Assembly (NCBI GenBank): GCA_012295275.1 | Contig: CM022673.1 | Location: forward strand, 5,146,001-5,210,000 | Source: Chrysomallon squamiferum | Taxonomy: Eukaryota > Animalia > Mollusca | Length of the DNA: 64,000 bases | Reading direction: 5' to 3' | Part shown: positions 28,025 to 41,240 of the stretch, one piece after another | Numbering within the stretch: position 1 is the first letter of the stretch | Layout: the number at the start of each line of letters is the position of its first letter | Translations under genes and position numbers: made by a program | Notes under the pieces: model-generated | Databases searched by the model: none | Seen by the model: only the letters and a program-made list of their open reading frames with translations | What the model was told of the DNA's origin: nothing

Positions 28025-28479
28025 GTAGGAGAAACAGTTTTGTTTTAAATGAAACAAACGATGATTTCTCAGTTTTTTGTTTAAATGATTAAGTAAAGCC
28101 ATTTAATGAAGTTGATAAAAGTGTTAAAAAAAAATTCTGTTGATATTCAATATGAGATATTTTTAGTTCAGATGTTGATATTTTGTTTAAAATATAATAA
28201 ATTTTTTTTCTTTAAAATTAAGTTTTTTTTTTATTTTTTTATTTAATTTATTTAATTTTAATTTTTATTATTATTTTTTTTAACTTTTTTAAACTTTTTT
28301 TTTACTAAGATGTGTCCTGTTTTAATATATTATTATTATTATCATTATTTATTTTTTTATTTTTTTATTTTTTGTAGGTTTTTCTATGCAAAATTGTTTT
28401 ATCTCACTTTTATTATTTTTTTTTTTTATTGGATAAAATGTTATAAAATGTATTTTTTTATTTTTATTTATTTTTTCAG

Positions 28480-28638
28480 TCACGTGATGTGAACAGAAAC
28501 AAAAAAGAAGAAGTGAGAGAAGCCAACATGTATTTCTTCATTGAAGCAGCCATTGCTCTTTTTATTTCTTTTCTTATCAACATTTTTGTTGTGTCAGTAT
28601 TTGCAGAAGGTTTCTATGGAAAGACCTCAAAAGAGATT
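28480..28638 (+). CDS. SLC11A2: NRAMP/SLC11 transporter exon (TM7)
   Basis: [53 protein letters not shown]; ttcag| ... |GTAAGT. Confidence 0.95.
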
Positions 28639-29409
28639 GTAAGTTTAATTTGAATGTTTCTTGTTAATTTTTAAGCCACAATGTTTGTAATGACCATTTA
28701 TATAAAAATTAGTGTGAATGTGCAGGTGTGTGTTTGTGAGAGAGAGAGAGAGAGAGTGAAAGAGTGGGTGTATGTGTTTAAATTGTAATTTTAGGTTTAA
28801 TTGTTTTTTTGTGTGTGTTGACAGATTGTTACCAAGGATCTCTCTGTTTAATTTATGTGTGTGTGCTTGTGAGCAATGCTGATTAATTAAGAATTCTAAT
28901 TTATTTTAAAAAAAATAGAAGAAATACTTTTGTTTTTTTTGTTCTGATAGGCAGAAGAAACAACAATTGTCTGTTCACATGGGAATGTCTCATTCATATG
29001 TGTTCAATGTCCAAGAATTAATTGACTTTGTGTGTTTTTGTTTACATGAAAACTGAATTTAATCTAAAATTTAATATTTTTTTTTACATTATAGTTGTCT
29101 TTCAAACTCATTCATGTGTTCAATGTAAGAATTAATTGCTTTCTTTTTGTTTACATAAAAGACTGTGAAAATATATAAAATTATTTACTTTTTTCATGGA
29201 CTATGATTCATGTATGATGTATATGATATATAAATTATTGTTTTTAAAAATCATTTTCTGTTGTAACAATCAGGAGAAATCAAGTAGAATGTAGTAGATT
29301 TTGAAAAGTTACAACAGTATGTTTGCTGTTAACCTTTTTAAAAAATATATTTTTAATAAAGCAGTCATTTTCTTCCCATCAAAGTTTGCATTATAAAGAT
29401 ATATTCATA

Positions 29410-29992
29410 CCGTATATACTTGTGTACAAGGCAACCTTATGTATAAGTCGATGTGTATTTTAAGACCAAAAATTGCGTCATTTTAGGTATTACTTGTGTA
29501 TAAGTCGAATATATAGATTCCAGGCACCATCACTTTGTTTTCAATTTGTCGGTAGTGGATAATAATGACGATTGCAATATTATTTCACCAAATTCTTTAC
29601 AATTACACAAGTGAGTTTTGTTTATGAAATTAGGACCGATATTTAGTGCAATTTGGCAGAGAAGTCTGCATTCCTAGATCATTGCAAGACGCCATAAGGC
29701 ATAACGCCGTACTGACGGTTTTTTCACTTTAAAATGTATTTTTATGTCATTAAACGGAAGAATATCATGTTTTACATTCATATTTGGTTTTGTTATTTAA
29801 TTTTTCAAATTTTTTTATATGATAAAATTATATTTTTGAAAAACTGAAAGACTGCATCCTGTAGCAAAAAATAGTCAAAATGGCGACTCTTCAGCAACAG
29901 CTACAAAAGCATTACCTATGTATAAGTCGACCCCCAAAATATTACCTTAATATAGTCTCCCAAAAATTCGACTTATACACAAGTATATATGG
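29410..29992. mobile_element. Non-autonomous Tc1/mariner-superfamily (Tc2/pogo-like) MITE in NRAMP intron
   Basis: TA|CCGTATATACTTGTGTACAAG ... CTTATACACAAGTATATATGG|TA terminal inverted repeats with TA target duplication. Internal TATAAGTCGA repeats. No transposase ORF. Confidence 0.85.
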
Positions 29993-30361
29993 TATTTCAA
30001 AAATGATTTCATTGATTGTAAATTTTCCATTAAATCAGAGCATTTGTTTTTCATTTTTATTTTTATTTTTATTTTCATTCAGAGCTACTGTTCTATTTTA
30101 AGTTTAAAATTATAACAACTGTTTCATGGTTTATCCTCAGCATGTAGTAATTAGGAGTTAATTATACTTGTAAATGTCCAAATCAATAAATGTAAATGTA
30201 TATATTTATATAAATACTGATTTGCATCATGCACAGGCAGTCTGTTGCCAGTATATAGTAAATATACAGTGTAGTACATGAAAGAAAGCTGTTAATAAAA
30301 ATAATTTAACATTCATGAGATATTGTAAATCTGTGAATTTAATATTTATCAAATTAAAATA

Positions 30362-30397
<36 letters not shown>

Positions 30398-31247
30398 ACA
30401 TTATTGTTTATTTCACTATCTATTTCTTTTTATATATTTATTTTAATTATTTGTTTGGGGTTTTTTTTGGTTTATTAATTGTTTTGTTGATATTTTTATT
30501 ATTAATTGTGTTTTATTTACACATTTGTTTTAATTATTTATTTTATTGTAATACTTTGTTTTTTATGTTTAACATTTCATTTTAATATTATTTTATTTTT
30601 AATATATATAAAACAAATTTTAAAAACAATGATATTCAAAATAAAAGATTAAAACAATATGTATATATATTTTTATATAATTTTTAATTTTATGTTATTT
30701 TAAATATTGTTTCATTTAATATTTAATATTATTTTTTATTTAATGTTTTTATATAATTTTTTTTATTTGTTTTATTTATTTTAAATATTTATTTTGCAGA
30801 CCACAGACATTGAATATGGATATTTTTTGAGATTTACAGATTTTAAGTTTTTTTTAATGATATTTATCAAAATTTGATTTCATTTTTAAAATGACAAATG
30901 CTTTTATTTTTTTGAAAAAGTTTTTTATTCAATTTAACATTTAGGATCACCACAAGTTTTTATTTGAAAATATTTGTTTTAATTTATTTATTTATTTTTC
31001 TGACCACAAATATAAAACATATTCATATATATAATTGTATGTAAGGTGGTGTGTGTTCTTTACAGAGGCATATGAGATAAAAAGATAACCTTCATTTATT
31101 ATTTTTTGAAATGATTAAAATTAATTGTTTATACCTGTTGAAAAATTTCATGTTATATTCATTTCCTCAGCAGTGATGTTTTGTTATTATTCCTAAGATG
31201 ATATGTTGCATAGAAATACTGATGTATATAATTTGTTTTCATTTCAG

Positions 31248-31367
31248 GGAGTTTTTCTTGGCTGCCAGTTTGGTCCAGCAGCTATGTACATCTGGGCTGT
31301 GGGTCTGTTTGCTGCAGGTCAAAGTTCAACTATGACTGGAACATACACTGGACAGTTTGTGATGGAG
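31248..31367 (+). CDS. SLC11A2: NRAMP/SLC11 transporter exon (TM8, consensus transport motif)
   Basis: [40 protein letters not shown]; tttcag| ... GAG|GTTTGT. Confidence 0.97.
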
Positions 31368-31920
31368 GTTTGTATAAATAAATTGTTTACTTTAACGTAA
31401 AACACAAATTATTACATACAGCTATGTTTGGTACTAAGAAAAATAATAATACTAAAAATAATATAAATATATATATATTTAAACCAAATATATAAATTTT
31501 ATAATTTCAATACATATATATTTTATCTTATATGTTATGTATATATGTATTGAAATTATAGTTTATATCTTTGGGTTAATGATAAAACAATAATAACAAA
31601 TGTAATAAAATAATACTGATGACAATATTAGAAAGATAATAATAAATAATAACAAGTGATATTAAATAATACAGTGATGGTACTACTACTAATAATAATA
31701 ATCATAGTGACAATAATAACAATATTGATAAGATAATAAAGAAAATATAAAACTTTAAAAAATAATAATAATAAAATAAAAATTATATTTTTGAGATTGG
31801 GATATATTTGGTTTTTGATGTTTATACAAAAGTTTCAAAAATCCTTTTCCTGCAGTAGCAATTGTGTAACAATCAAAATTCTGTATTTTGCACTAAAATG
31901 TCTTTAAAATTTACTTCCAG

Positions 31921-32144
31921 GGATTTTTTAATCTGCAGTGGAAAAGATGGCAGAGAGTGTTGTTGACTCGAACGATTGCCATCTTGCCAACAGTGCTAAT
32001 TGCAGCATTCGACGGCATTGACAATCTGACGAAAATGAATGACCTGCTCAATGTTCTCATGAGTCTTCAGCTTCCTTTTGCTCTTTTTCCCATTCTAGCA
32101 TTCACGAGTTCAAAAGCCATCATGAATGAATTTGCTAATGGAAG
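31921..32144 (+). CDS. SLC11A2: NRAMP/SLC11 transporter exon (TM9-TM10)
   Basis: [60 protein letters not shown]; ttccag| ... AG|GTTGGT. Confidence 0.96.
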
Positions 32145-32699
32145 GTTGGTTTGTATTTTTTATTTTTTATTTTTTTTGTATAAAAATGATCTCTCCGTTT
32201 TATGTATGTTTGTTATTACATTATTTTGTTTTCTTTTGTTTTGTTTTATTTTCTTTGTTTTTGTTTGTTTCATTAGTGTGTAATCTGTTATTTCTTTTCA
32301 TGTATTTATGGACTTTGATTTAATTTTATATTTATTTGTACTTTTTTTAATCATATATATATATATATATATGTATATATGCATACAAATACAAATACAT
32401 ACACATACATACACACGTACACACATACACACATATATTTTTTTAATTTATTTATGGAATTATATTTTTAATGTTTAATTTTATTCATATAATGTTGTTT
32501 AATTTTCATATTTGTAATATTTTATTTTATTTTTCTCTTGATTAATTGATTAATTAATTTATTCATTCAGTAGGTTATTTTTTTTACCTATTTTTTTGTC
32601 TAATATTTATTTTTCATAGTAGTTATTTTTTAATAAATTTATATTTTTTCCTTTTTATTTATTTACTTACTTAGTTACTTACTTTCTTATTTATTTCAG

Positions 32700-32856
32700 A
32701 ACAATGAAAATCATCTCGAGTTTGTTGGCAGTATGTGTGATTGCCATCAACATATATTTTGTTGTTGTTTATCTGAATGAACTTCCACATTTCTGGGCAG
32801 TTTACCTTGCTATAGCTGTTGTCATGTTCTTCTATATGCTTTTTGTTATCTACCTG
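32700..32856 (+). CDS. SLC11A2: NRAMP/SLC11 transporter exon (TM11-TM12)
   Basis: TMKIISSLLAVCVIAINIYFVVVYLNELPHFWAVYLAIAVVMFFYMLFVIYL; tttcag| ... CTG|GTGAGT; phase consistent with neighbours. Confidence 0.93.
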
Positions 32857-33078
32857 GTGAGTAAATTTTGAGTTCCTCACTCACAGCAATTTGAGAATTT
32901 AAATTTTAATAAAACTCATAGTGATTATGTTTTTTGTTATCTACCTGGTGATTAGGTTACGAGTATTTAAATTTTAATAAAAACCATATTCTAAATGCTT
33001 TTTGTTATCTACCTTGTAAGTACTTAAATTTTAATAAAACTCATGTTTTGTACATTATTTTTGTCTGATTTGTGAGTA
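32830..33078. repeat. Tandem copies of the NRAMP exon end plus donor site
   Basis: (a)tgctttttgttatctacct(g/t)GT occurs three times, with a degenerate fourth copy. Confidence 0.85.
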
Positions 33079-33269
33079 TAATATGATTTCTGAGTAAAAT
33101 ATGAGTTCTGTGCTCTGAAAAAATGCTTTTCAAAAAAAATACAGTTTTTATTAAGGGACACAACTGTTTCTTTCATTTGATGTAGTTATAACAAGTAATC
33201 TCCCTTTTGCCATAGAAAATAATTATCATATTTTTTAAAAATCAAACTATTTTCCATTTTAAATTTCAG

Positions 33270-33320
33270 GCTTTCTTTTGTTTGGCTGTAGCTGGAGTTA
33301 GCAGTGTAAATAACTTTAAA
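33270..33320 (+). CDS. SLC11A2: NRAMP/SLC11 transporter exon (AFFCLAVAGVSSVNNFK)
   Basis: 51-nt phase 0/0 exon, tttcag| ... |GTAAGT. xCLxxxG resembles the post-TM12 segment of DMT1. Confidence 0.8.
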
Positions 33321-33338
33321 GTAAGTTAACTATTTATT

Positions 33339-33369
<31 letters not shown>

Positions 33370-33901
33370 ATATGTATCTGTGTGAATACATATATACATA
33401 CACATATAAATTTTGTTTCAGAATGAATTTTTGAATATTTCTAGAACTAAATGATATTAATTAGATTCCTACATGTTTATCTTTGACTTAGCAATATGAT
33501 TATATCAAAATTAAAGTGCAGGTATGTGAATATCGTGCAGTATCTTGCTAACAAAAATACGGACTATAAAGACTGCTGTAAATTTGTTTACCAGATTGCT
33601 TGAATAGCAGAAGAATGCTAAATCTTCTGCAATTAATATTATTTTGGAAAAAGATGTCCATGAACAGACAATAACTTTTTTTCTCAGTGAAAATTTGTTA
33701 ATGACGTTTACGTTAATGTTCTCTTACGAACTGTAATACATAATTAACTGTACTGTTTTTAAGGAAGCTCATTTTGCATTATTACATAATTACAGATTTC
33801 AAGAACAATTTAAAAAAAGCATTAAATAAATAAAATTTTATTATTTTATTATTCCAAAGCTATAAAACTATTCTTAGACGAAAGTTTTATTTTTGTTTCA
33901 G

Positions 33902-34051
33902 CCGTTTGGTTTGAATTTTGGACCAAGGTATGCTTTGGAACCAACCGTGACACCTGAAGAAAGCACAACAGAACTGGCAGTCTCATCAGAAGATGAAACC
34001 AGAGTCAGTGATGACCGGGCATTTGACCTTAACACTCCCTATAACAGATGA
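33902..34051 (+). CDS. SLC11A2: NRAMP/SLC11 transporter last coding exon (acidic cytosolic tail)
   Basis: tttcag| PFGLNFGPRYALEPTVTPEESTTELAVSSEDETRVSDDRAFDLNTPYNR*; TGA at 34049-34051. The 12 recognised exons sum to 543 aa. Confidence 0.75.
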   Translation, partial: PFGLNFGPRYALEPTVTPEESTTELAVSSEDETRVSDDRAFDLNTPYNR

Positions 34052-34797
34052 CCTTTGACCTGAGGCTTAACGAATGACCGGTCACTCCAGTGTAAATGGA
34101 ATGTGATTTCAGCATTGTTTTTATCGCATTCATTTTTGAGTATCAGAGCTGACGCAAAGATTTGTGTGATAAAGGACATTAGCCCAGTAGGTAACCTTTA
34201 TTTCCTCATAACAGATGACCTCAGAATTGTGCATTATCAGTGACCTTTGAAATGTAAAACAACATAACCAGGATGTTGCATGTACAGGATTGCATGAATA
34301 ATTTATATATTTTATATAACAGATTACCACAATTTTGTTTTTGTACCCTTTGAAACTAACACTAATTTTAACATGTGGCTTTGACATTTAGTATAATATG
34401 ACCTTGAAATTTGGTATAATGTGATCATGGTATTTGGTTTAGCAAGACTTTGATGCTAAAATAACATATGAGAACAGATCAGTCTAATACTTTTTTTGTA
34501 AAACAGATAATCCTTTGTCCAGAGGTTTACAGATGACCATTTTTTTTTTTTTTTTTTTTTTTTATTAACAAATTATCTCTAGCTTTGTTCACAGCAGAAA
34601 CCACATTCCAGGAAAAATTGTCTGTCTCTCTGTCATTAGTTATTAAAATGTAAATGTTGTTAAACAAATAACCTAATATTCCCTTTTAATTAAGTAGGAC
34701 CTTAAACTGTGCTGATAATACTTACAATATGATGCCACATTAAAAAATGGAAACTGATAAACTCTGTGCATTTCAGTACATTATACTTTATTGTTAG

Positions 34798-34829
<32 letters not shown>

Positions 34830-35477
34830 CTGGTTTAAAATATTATTTAGAAGTAAAGTGAATGTATTTAGCTCTCTGTTTGTATCATCACAGTATATCT
34901 AAGTAACATATATTTAAATAACATAAATTATTTTACCAGTGCAAACAAAGGTTAAAAACAATGTTTTGAAAGTAGCCTTTTGCAACAATCACATAGACGT
35001 TCCTTAATATAATCAGTGACTAAATTAAATGAAAAAAAATACAAATTAGATGAGAACAAAATGGATGACAATTGGATGATATATATCTTATTTGCATAAA
35101 ATATTTTTAAAAACTAATCCTATCTCTAATGAGATAAAAAAAAGTTGTTTTTGTTTTATTAATTATACTGTATTAGATATGATTTATCATTAAAGAATGT
35201 CTGTCACATCACCATTTCAGTTTTATTAGTGTAACAAGTATTTTTATTTACACTGGTTACTTTTTATGTATTTATTTTATTTTATTGTTATTGTTGATAT
35301 TTTATTTACATATTTAGCATTCAAAACTTTTTAAATTCAACAATTTTTATATAAAGAAATTTAGAATTGTTTTTTTATGAAAAAGTTTGACTTTAAATGT
35401 TTAATCTCAGCATTAGTTACCATAAGGATGAACATTTAAATTTGGTAGTTAAAAATTAGCTCATAATAAATTTTCTT

Positions 35478-35802
35478 CAATAATAATAATAATAATAATA
35501 ATGTTATGGCAAATTCTGTTCAAATTTTGTTATGGTTGTAATTCAAACTTTATTATGATTGTTGATGAAAGTGTATTATTATTGAAGTAAGAATAATAAT
35601 AATAATAATAATGTTATGGCAAATTCTGTTCAAATTTTGTTATGGTTGTAATTCAAATTTTATTATGGTTGTTGATGAAAGTGTATTATTATTGTAGTAA
35701 TAATAATAATAATAATACTGTTACAGCATATTCTGCCCAAACTGTCTTACAGTTGTAATTCAAACTTTATTATGGTTATTATTGAAACTGTATTATGATT
35801 GT
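35478..35802. repeat. ~110-bp tandem repeat x3 downstream of the NRAMP stop
   Basis: (aat)n-gttatggcaaattctgttcaaattttgttatggttgtaattcaaa.. repeated. Confidence 0.85.
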
Positions 35803-36620
35803 AAAGACTCTTGCCTGGTTTATTACTATTTTGGATTAAAGATATTCATTATCTGTTTCATTTCTAAATCTATACATTAGATTATTACAATGTGCTTGAT
35901 GACTTATTGATTATCATCAAACCTCAAGCTGCTATTTATAAAATATTTTTGATAGAATTTATTTTTAATATGACATTTAAAGCAAACAGTAATTAATATA
36001 ACACCAGTTAATAATATATAAATAAATTAATAACAATGGCAATATTATTACTACTACTTACAATAATAACATTTTATTTTTTTATTATTATTATTATTAT
36101 TATTTATAGATGAAATTGTATTTTAAACAAATTAATTTTTACATAATTATAACCTAAATATATTTTTTACATGTTTTTAATTGTCATGAACAAATTTTTT
36201 ATTTGTTATTCATTATTATGATAAATGTGAACATTTAAAAAAATTTCTTATTGTATTAAAAGTTTAGAAAATTTGTTACTGTTTTCACCACATGAGAACA
36301 TTTTTACACCTAAGCATTTTACTAAATTTGTGGTAAAAACATTTTTTAACAAAGTATATATTTATAAATATTTTGTGTAGTTTTTACATATTAAGATGTT
36401 TACTGAAATGTTTTGGGTTGCATTTATTTATTACAAACTTAATATACTACTAATAATCAATCATTATAAATGCTTTATTTAATTTTTCTAGTCATTAACA
36501 TAAATTAATTTTTTATATGGATCGTTAAATAATAGTTTAGAAGAATAATTGTTACTTTTTTATTGAACAAAAATTTTCATGAGTAAACATACAAATATAT
36601 ATGATCTTTTATACATACAC

Positions 36621-36651
<31 letters not shown>

Positions 36652-39600
36652 CATGCTGAAATTATTCTATTCTAATAATTTTGGTTTTAGTACATATAAA
36701 TAAAAGATGGCCCTTTTATTTTATTATTTTTTTTTATTGTTATTTATTTTCTTTTTTTTTAACTCTTTGAAGCCAGATCTGTCAGCTTGTTTATTATTAA
36801 ATATGTTATCAAATCCATTGAAAACCATAGTTACCACTTACAACTAGATAGTTATTATCATTATTCCTTTTTTTTTTTATGTTCATCAATTGCTAAAGGC
36901 ATGGATATTTTATATAAAAGTCTTAATTCAGAAGCCTAGTATTTAAGCAGTTAAATTTATTGGCATAGAACATTCTCAAAGATAAGTTCCATAAACATTT
37001 AACAAGGAACAAATTTATACATATTTAGAATGTACCTTTTATATGTGTATGTATATATATTTTTGTTTAATCAAGGAATTTCTTTTTAAAAAATAAATAA
37101 AAAAGAACTAATTGAATGCAAATAAAGTGTATTTTTATCATTATCCAAGAATGCTTTTTGTTAAAAAGACACTGTTTTAATTTAAAATATGTTTCTATTT
37201 TCCAAAGTTTTATATATATATTTTACTGACCATTAGAAAACACTTTATTTAAAATTTAAAAATATTTTATATAAAATGAGATAGATCAGATCTTTTACTT
37301 TATTATTATTTTAAAAGATATGATTTAGGTAATTTAAATAGCATACTCTAATAAAGTGTTTATAAATATTTGATCATTGTCTGAAATGAGATTACTGAGA
37401 ATAGGATGTACATCTCTGTATTTGTAAATAAAATAATCATGTTTTTAAAATAATTTTTTAGTTCATATTTCTAGTAGTTTACTAAAAAAATTTAGAGTTT
37501 TGTTTTTTATCTTTAAGTGTATTTTATTTCTTTGATGTTCTTATGAAATTATTTAAATTAAACATGTTAAATTTTAATTAAGAATTGATGTTTGTGTTTG
37601 AAATTTATTTTATACTAATTAATTTTCATTATATATCTCTAATTTTAACCTAATCTATTTTAGCCATCAGCAGTTTTTAAAGACTCAAAAAACAGAATTT
37701 TAAATTGTGATAAAATTTACACCACATTTATTTATATTGTAAATGTATTATTATGAATAATGTTTGTGAATTTACTTCCTTTGAATTAATGTAATAGATC
37801 TTAATGAATGTAATATGTATGAACACTGTTACATATCTTTGCTTTTAAGATGTATAAACCGTTTTATATATTTCATTTTTCTTGATGTGTGAACAATGAT
37901 TAAACTTTAAGAACACCTTATTTTTATATTATTTTTTATTGATACTGTAATAATAAATACAATACTACTAATAAAATGAGTACTGAAATTAAAATTGTAA
38001 AAACATTTATTTTCTTGGTACATATGTTTTAATTCCTATTTTGTGGTCATTTTAGATAATTTAATGCTTTTTTAAATCTTGGTGGTTGGATTTAATTTGC
38101 ATGTAAATTTTATGATTTCATGAATAAAAATACGCATTTATAACGTTTGTTGATTTTATATGTGGATTATATACAACTTTCTTTCCTTATTTTTTTATTT
38201 TATAAAAATGTTATATTAATATTATTATTTTTATTTAGTTTTTTCTTTGTTTAATTTAATTTAATGTTATGTGACAATGATAAAAATATTTAATGGCACA
38301 AAATGAAATACATTCTGCTGATAAATATTTTCAACAATGAAAGCATTAGCATTAATTCAGCCATATTTCTAATAATAACATGACCACCATTAATTCAGTC
38401 TTTTTATTTTTGTTCTGACCTTTACCATTCATCCTGGGGAAAATTGCAAAGGATTTGAAACTAGGACCCAGCCAATAATTGCAGACACACCAGGGAATAG
38501 GTAGATCCTCATAAAATAGTTATTAGACATTGTTAGTTGTATATGAACAGTAAACCAGAAAAAAAGGATTCCCTAGTGAATTCAAGATGGCAGACGTAAA
38601 ATTCTTTTATAATGCCTGATGCAAATTCCGAAACGATTCTTCCTCATCATAAATTGTCAGATACCAGTAATGTAGAGAATCTGTTATTACTTTGTTTAGA
38701 GAAGTACTGACAAAGATTGTACTATTAAGACCTTGACAATACTAGATTTGTTGATGTTTATTGGTATGATTTGTGTTGAGCATTAGCACCAGAAATAGAA
38801 ATTAGGAGTGAAGCTCAGGGACATTTTTGATCTTGATGAATTTTATAAAGTGAAATGTATCAACATCTGCATTACATGGATAAACAGAGAAAACAGAGAA
38901 AGTTGTGGTAGAAGGGGTTACAGTGTGATCTGAGGCATCATATTTTCTCATCAGTTCTCTCACATCAGGATATTTCCTCTTCCAACCAGCGTCTCTGTTT
39001 ATCAAAAACTGATACGTCCTTTCCTGTCTGTGGGAAGATGTGCATAGAAAGTTCACTTGCTGCTAACTGATAGTAACAGCTGTATGGAAGTCAGAAACAA
39101 CTGATTTTATTTAACACTCACACAAAAAAATTTTAAAAAAAACAAAAAACTTTGCTATTACAAATAACTTTTAATTATTTGTTCATGTCATCCATGATTC
39201 ATTTATTTCTAAGACTGTTTTACAAAAAACAATATTATATATTTGTTTCATCAAAGAAAAAGTGGATACGTAAAATCCATTGTTAATCAATAAGAATATA
39301 TTCTATTGTGGGTTTCTTTACTGCTTCATTACAAATATAATCTACAACATCAAATATTTGTTTGTCCTTTTACAAATACATATGTACATACATACTGTTT
39401 CATAATAATCTTTCTGATTAATCCCTATTTTTATATTTTTATATATTGTTTTTGATATTACTAATCTTCATTCAAGCATTCACTAATACACAGACATGCA
39501 TACATGAACTTTAAAAACTGTGACTAAACCTTAACTTAATTTCTTAACAGATGTTTAGAAATGAATTCACTTGTAATATATGAAAACCACTATAACCATT

Positions 39601-40549
39601 AAGAGTAACATAAAATTGGTTGTTTATTTAATTTACAAGTTTTACTCAAATAAAATCATTTTCTCCTCTGATTAATAATGTCTGCAGAATTTAGTTTAGT
39701 TAAATAACAGAAGAAAACTATATTGTATTAATATTGGATTTTGAAAAGATAGAAATTAATGCAGAAAAATACATTATGAACTGCATTATGAAGTTTATTT
39801 ATATACAGTGTGTGTATGTATTGTATATAACTGAATTCAATAAAAACATAAAAAAAAGAAATGCCCCCTCATTCCAAAAAATAATTTAAAATAATGATAA
39901 TAATAATAATAATAAAATGATAACAAAGAAATTAAAGTTATTAAAAAAATAATAATAAAAAAAAATGATCTTCAATATAAAATTAAATCCTACAGAATAA
40001 TTCACTTACCTTTCAAATTTCCTAGATTTAAGATTACTAATTTGGGACTTGAATATTATGAACTGAAAGTAATGCTTAATTATCTCAAACTCAATGTCAG
40101 ACAGTGTACATCAGATTAAGCCACTCCTATCAATTAACTAGAAATTTTATCTTTAATACAGACAGAAATAATTTAAAAACGAGTCTTCGATACACAAATA
40201 GTGGATTGTTGCCAAAAATAATTGTTGAATGAAACCCACCCAGTCACTTCCTGCCAATTAGTGGCCCCACAACATATAAAAAGATATTTTTTATGTTTTA
40301 ATTAATCTCTTTTACAAAGTTTATTGTTGAACACTGGTTAGATGGGGGGGAAATGGGCAGGAGGGGTAAAGAAAGAGCATAGTTAAAAAAGCAGTCTTGA
40401 AGATTGGTGTGTACTTTTAAGTTGTTTAAAAATGCATTTATACAAAACACACACGCACACGCACACAAATACACATTGGTACACACATATGTAGTGAAAA
40501 AGAATAACTAGAAAGTTTGAAAGGTACATTTTTGTCCCACTGTGTTTAA

Positions 40550-41240
40550 TATTACACCAGTATAAATATTACAGACAATTAGAATAAGCTGAATTTTGAA
40601 AGACATTCAGATTTCCAGTGTTACTAACATAAGATTACAATGAATAATTAGCAATTCAGTGCATTTGAGCATCATAAAAGATATGGCATGAAATTGAATA
40701 TATCTAAAGTTGCAAACAGAATAACTTGAAAGAAGTTCAGTGCATCATTAAAATAATACTACAAAATGAAGGAGATTGGAAGCTCAACAGGTATATGTCA
40801 GTGCATCATTAAAATAATACTACAAAATGAAGGAGATTAAAAGTTCAACAGGTATATGTCAGTGCAGCTGTATTAATATTACAGTGAAACAGAATCACTT
40901 GAAAGAAGTTCAGTGTATTATTAATACCATATTACAGAATGAAGAGGGTGAGAAATATAATGTTATAATATGTCAGTGTTTCTATATTAATATTACAGTG
41001 AAACAATCACTTGAAAGAAGATTAGTGTATTGCTAAAATGATACAAGAGAAAGGAGGAGATTAGAAATGTCACACGAAACTGGACTGGTGTGTATATCAA
41101 TACATCAGTATTAATATTACACTGAAACAATCAGCTGAAAGAAGTTCAGTGATCACTGAAACAATGCTAAAGAATGAAGGAGAAATTTGGCATGAAGTTG
41201 AGCGAGTACATGTCGGTGTGTGAATATTGCACTGGAAAGG
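40550..41240. repeat. Degenerate ~110-120-bp tandem repeat
   Basis: Recurrent tattaatattacagtgaaaca..cacttgaaagaagttcagtg..aatgaaggaga blocks. Confidence 0.75.

Noticed and set aside
34052-38200. Iron-responsive element in the NRAMP 3'UTR, as in mammalian DMT1
   Set aside because: The CAGTGN hexamers inspected (~34088, 34238, 34937, 34994; also 21094 and 21578 upstream) lack the 5-bp upper stem and C bulge. Checked by eye only; a SIREs/Infernal scan would be decisive.
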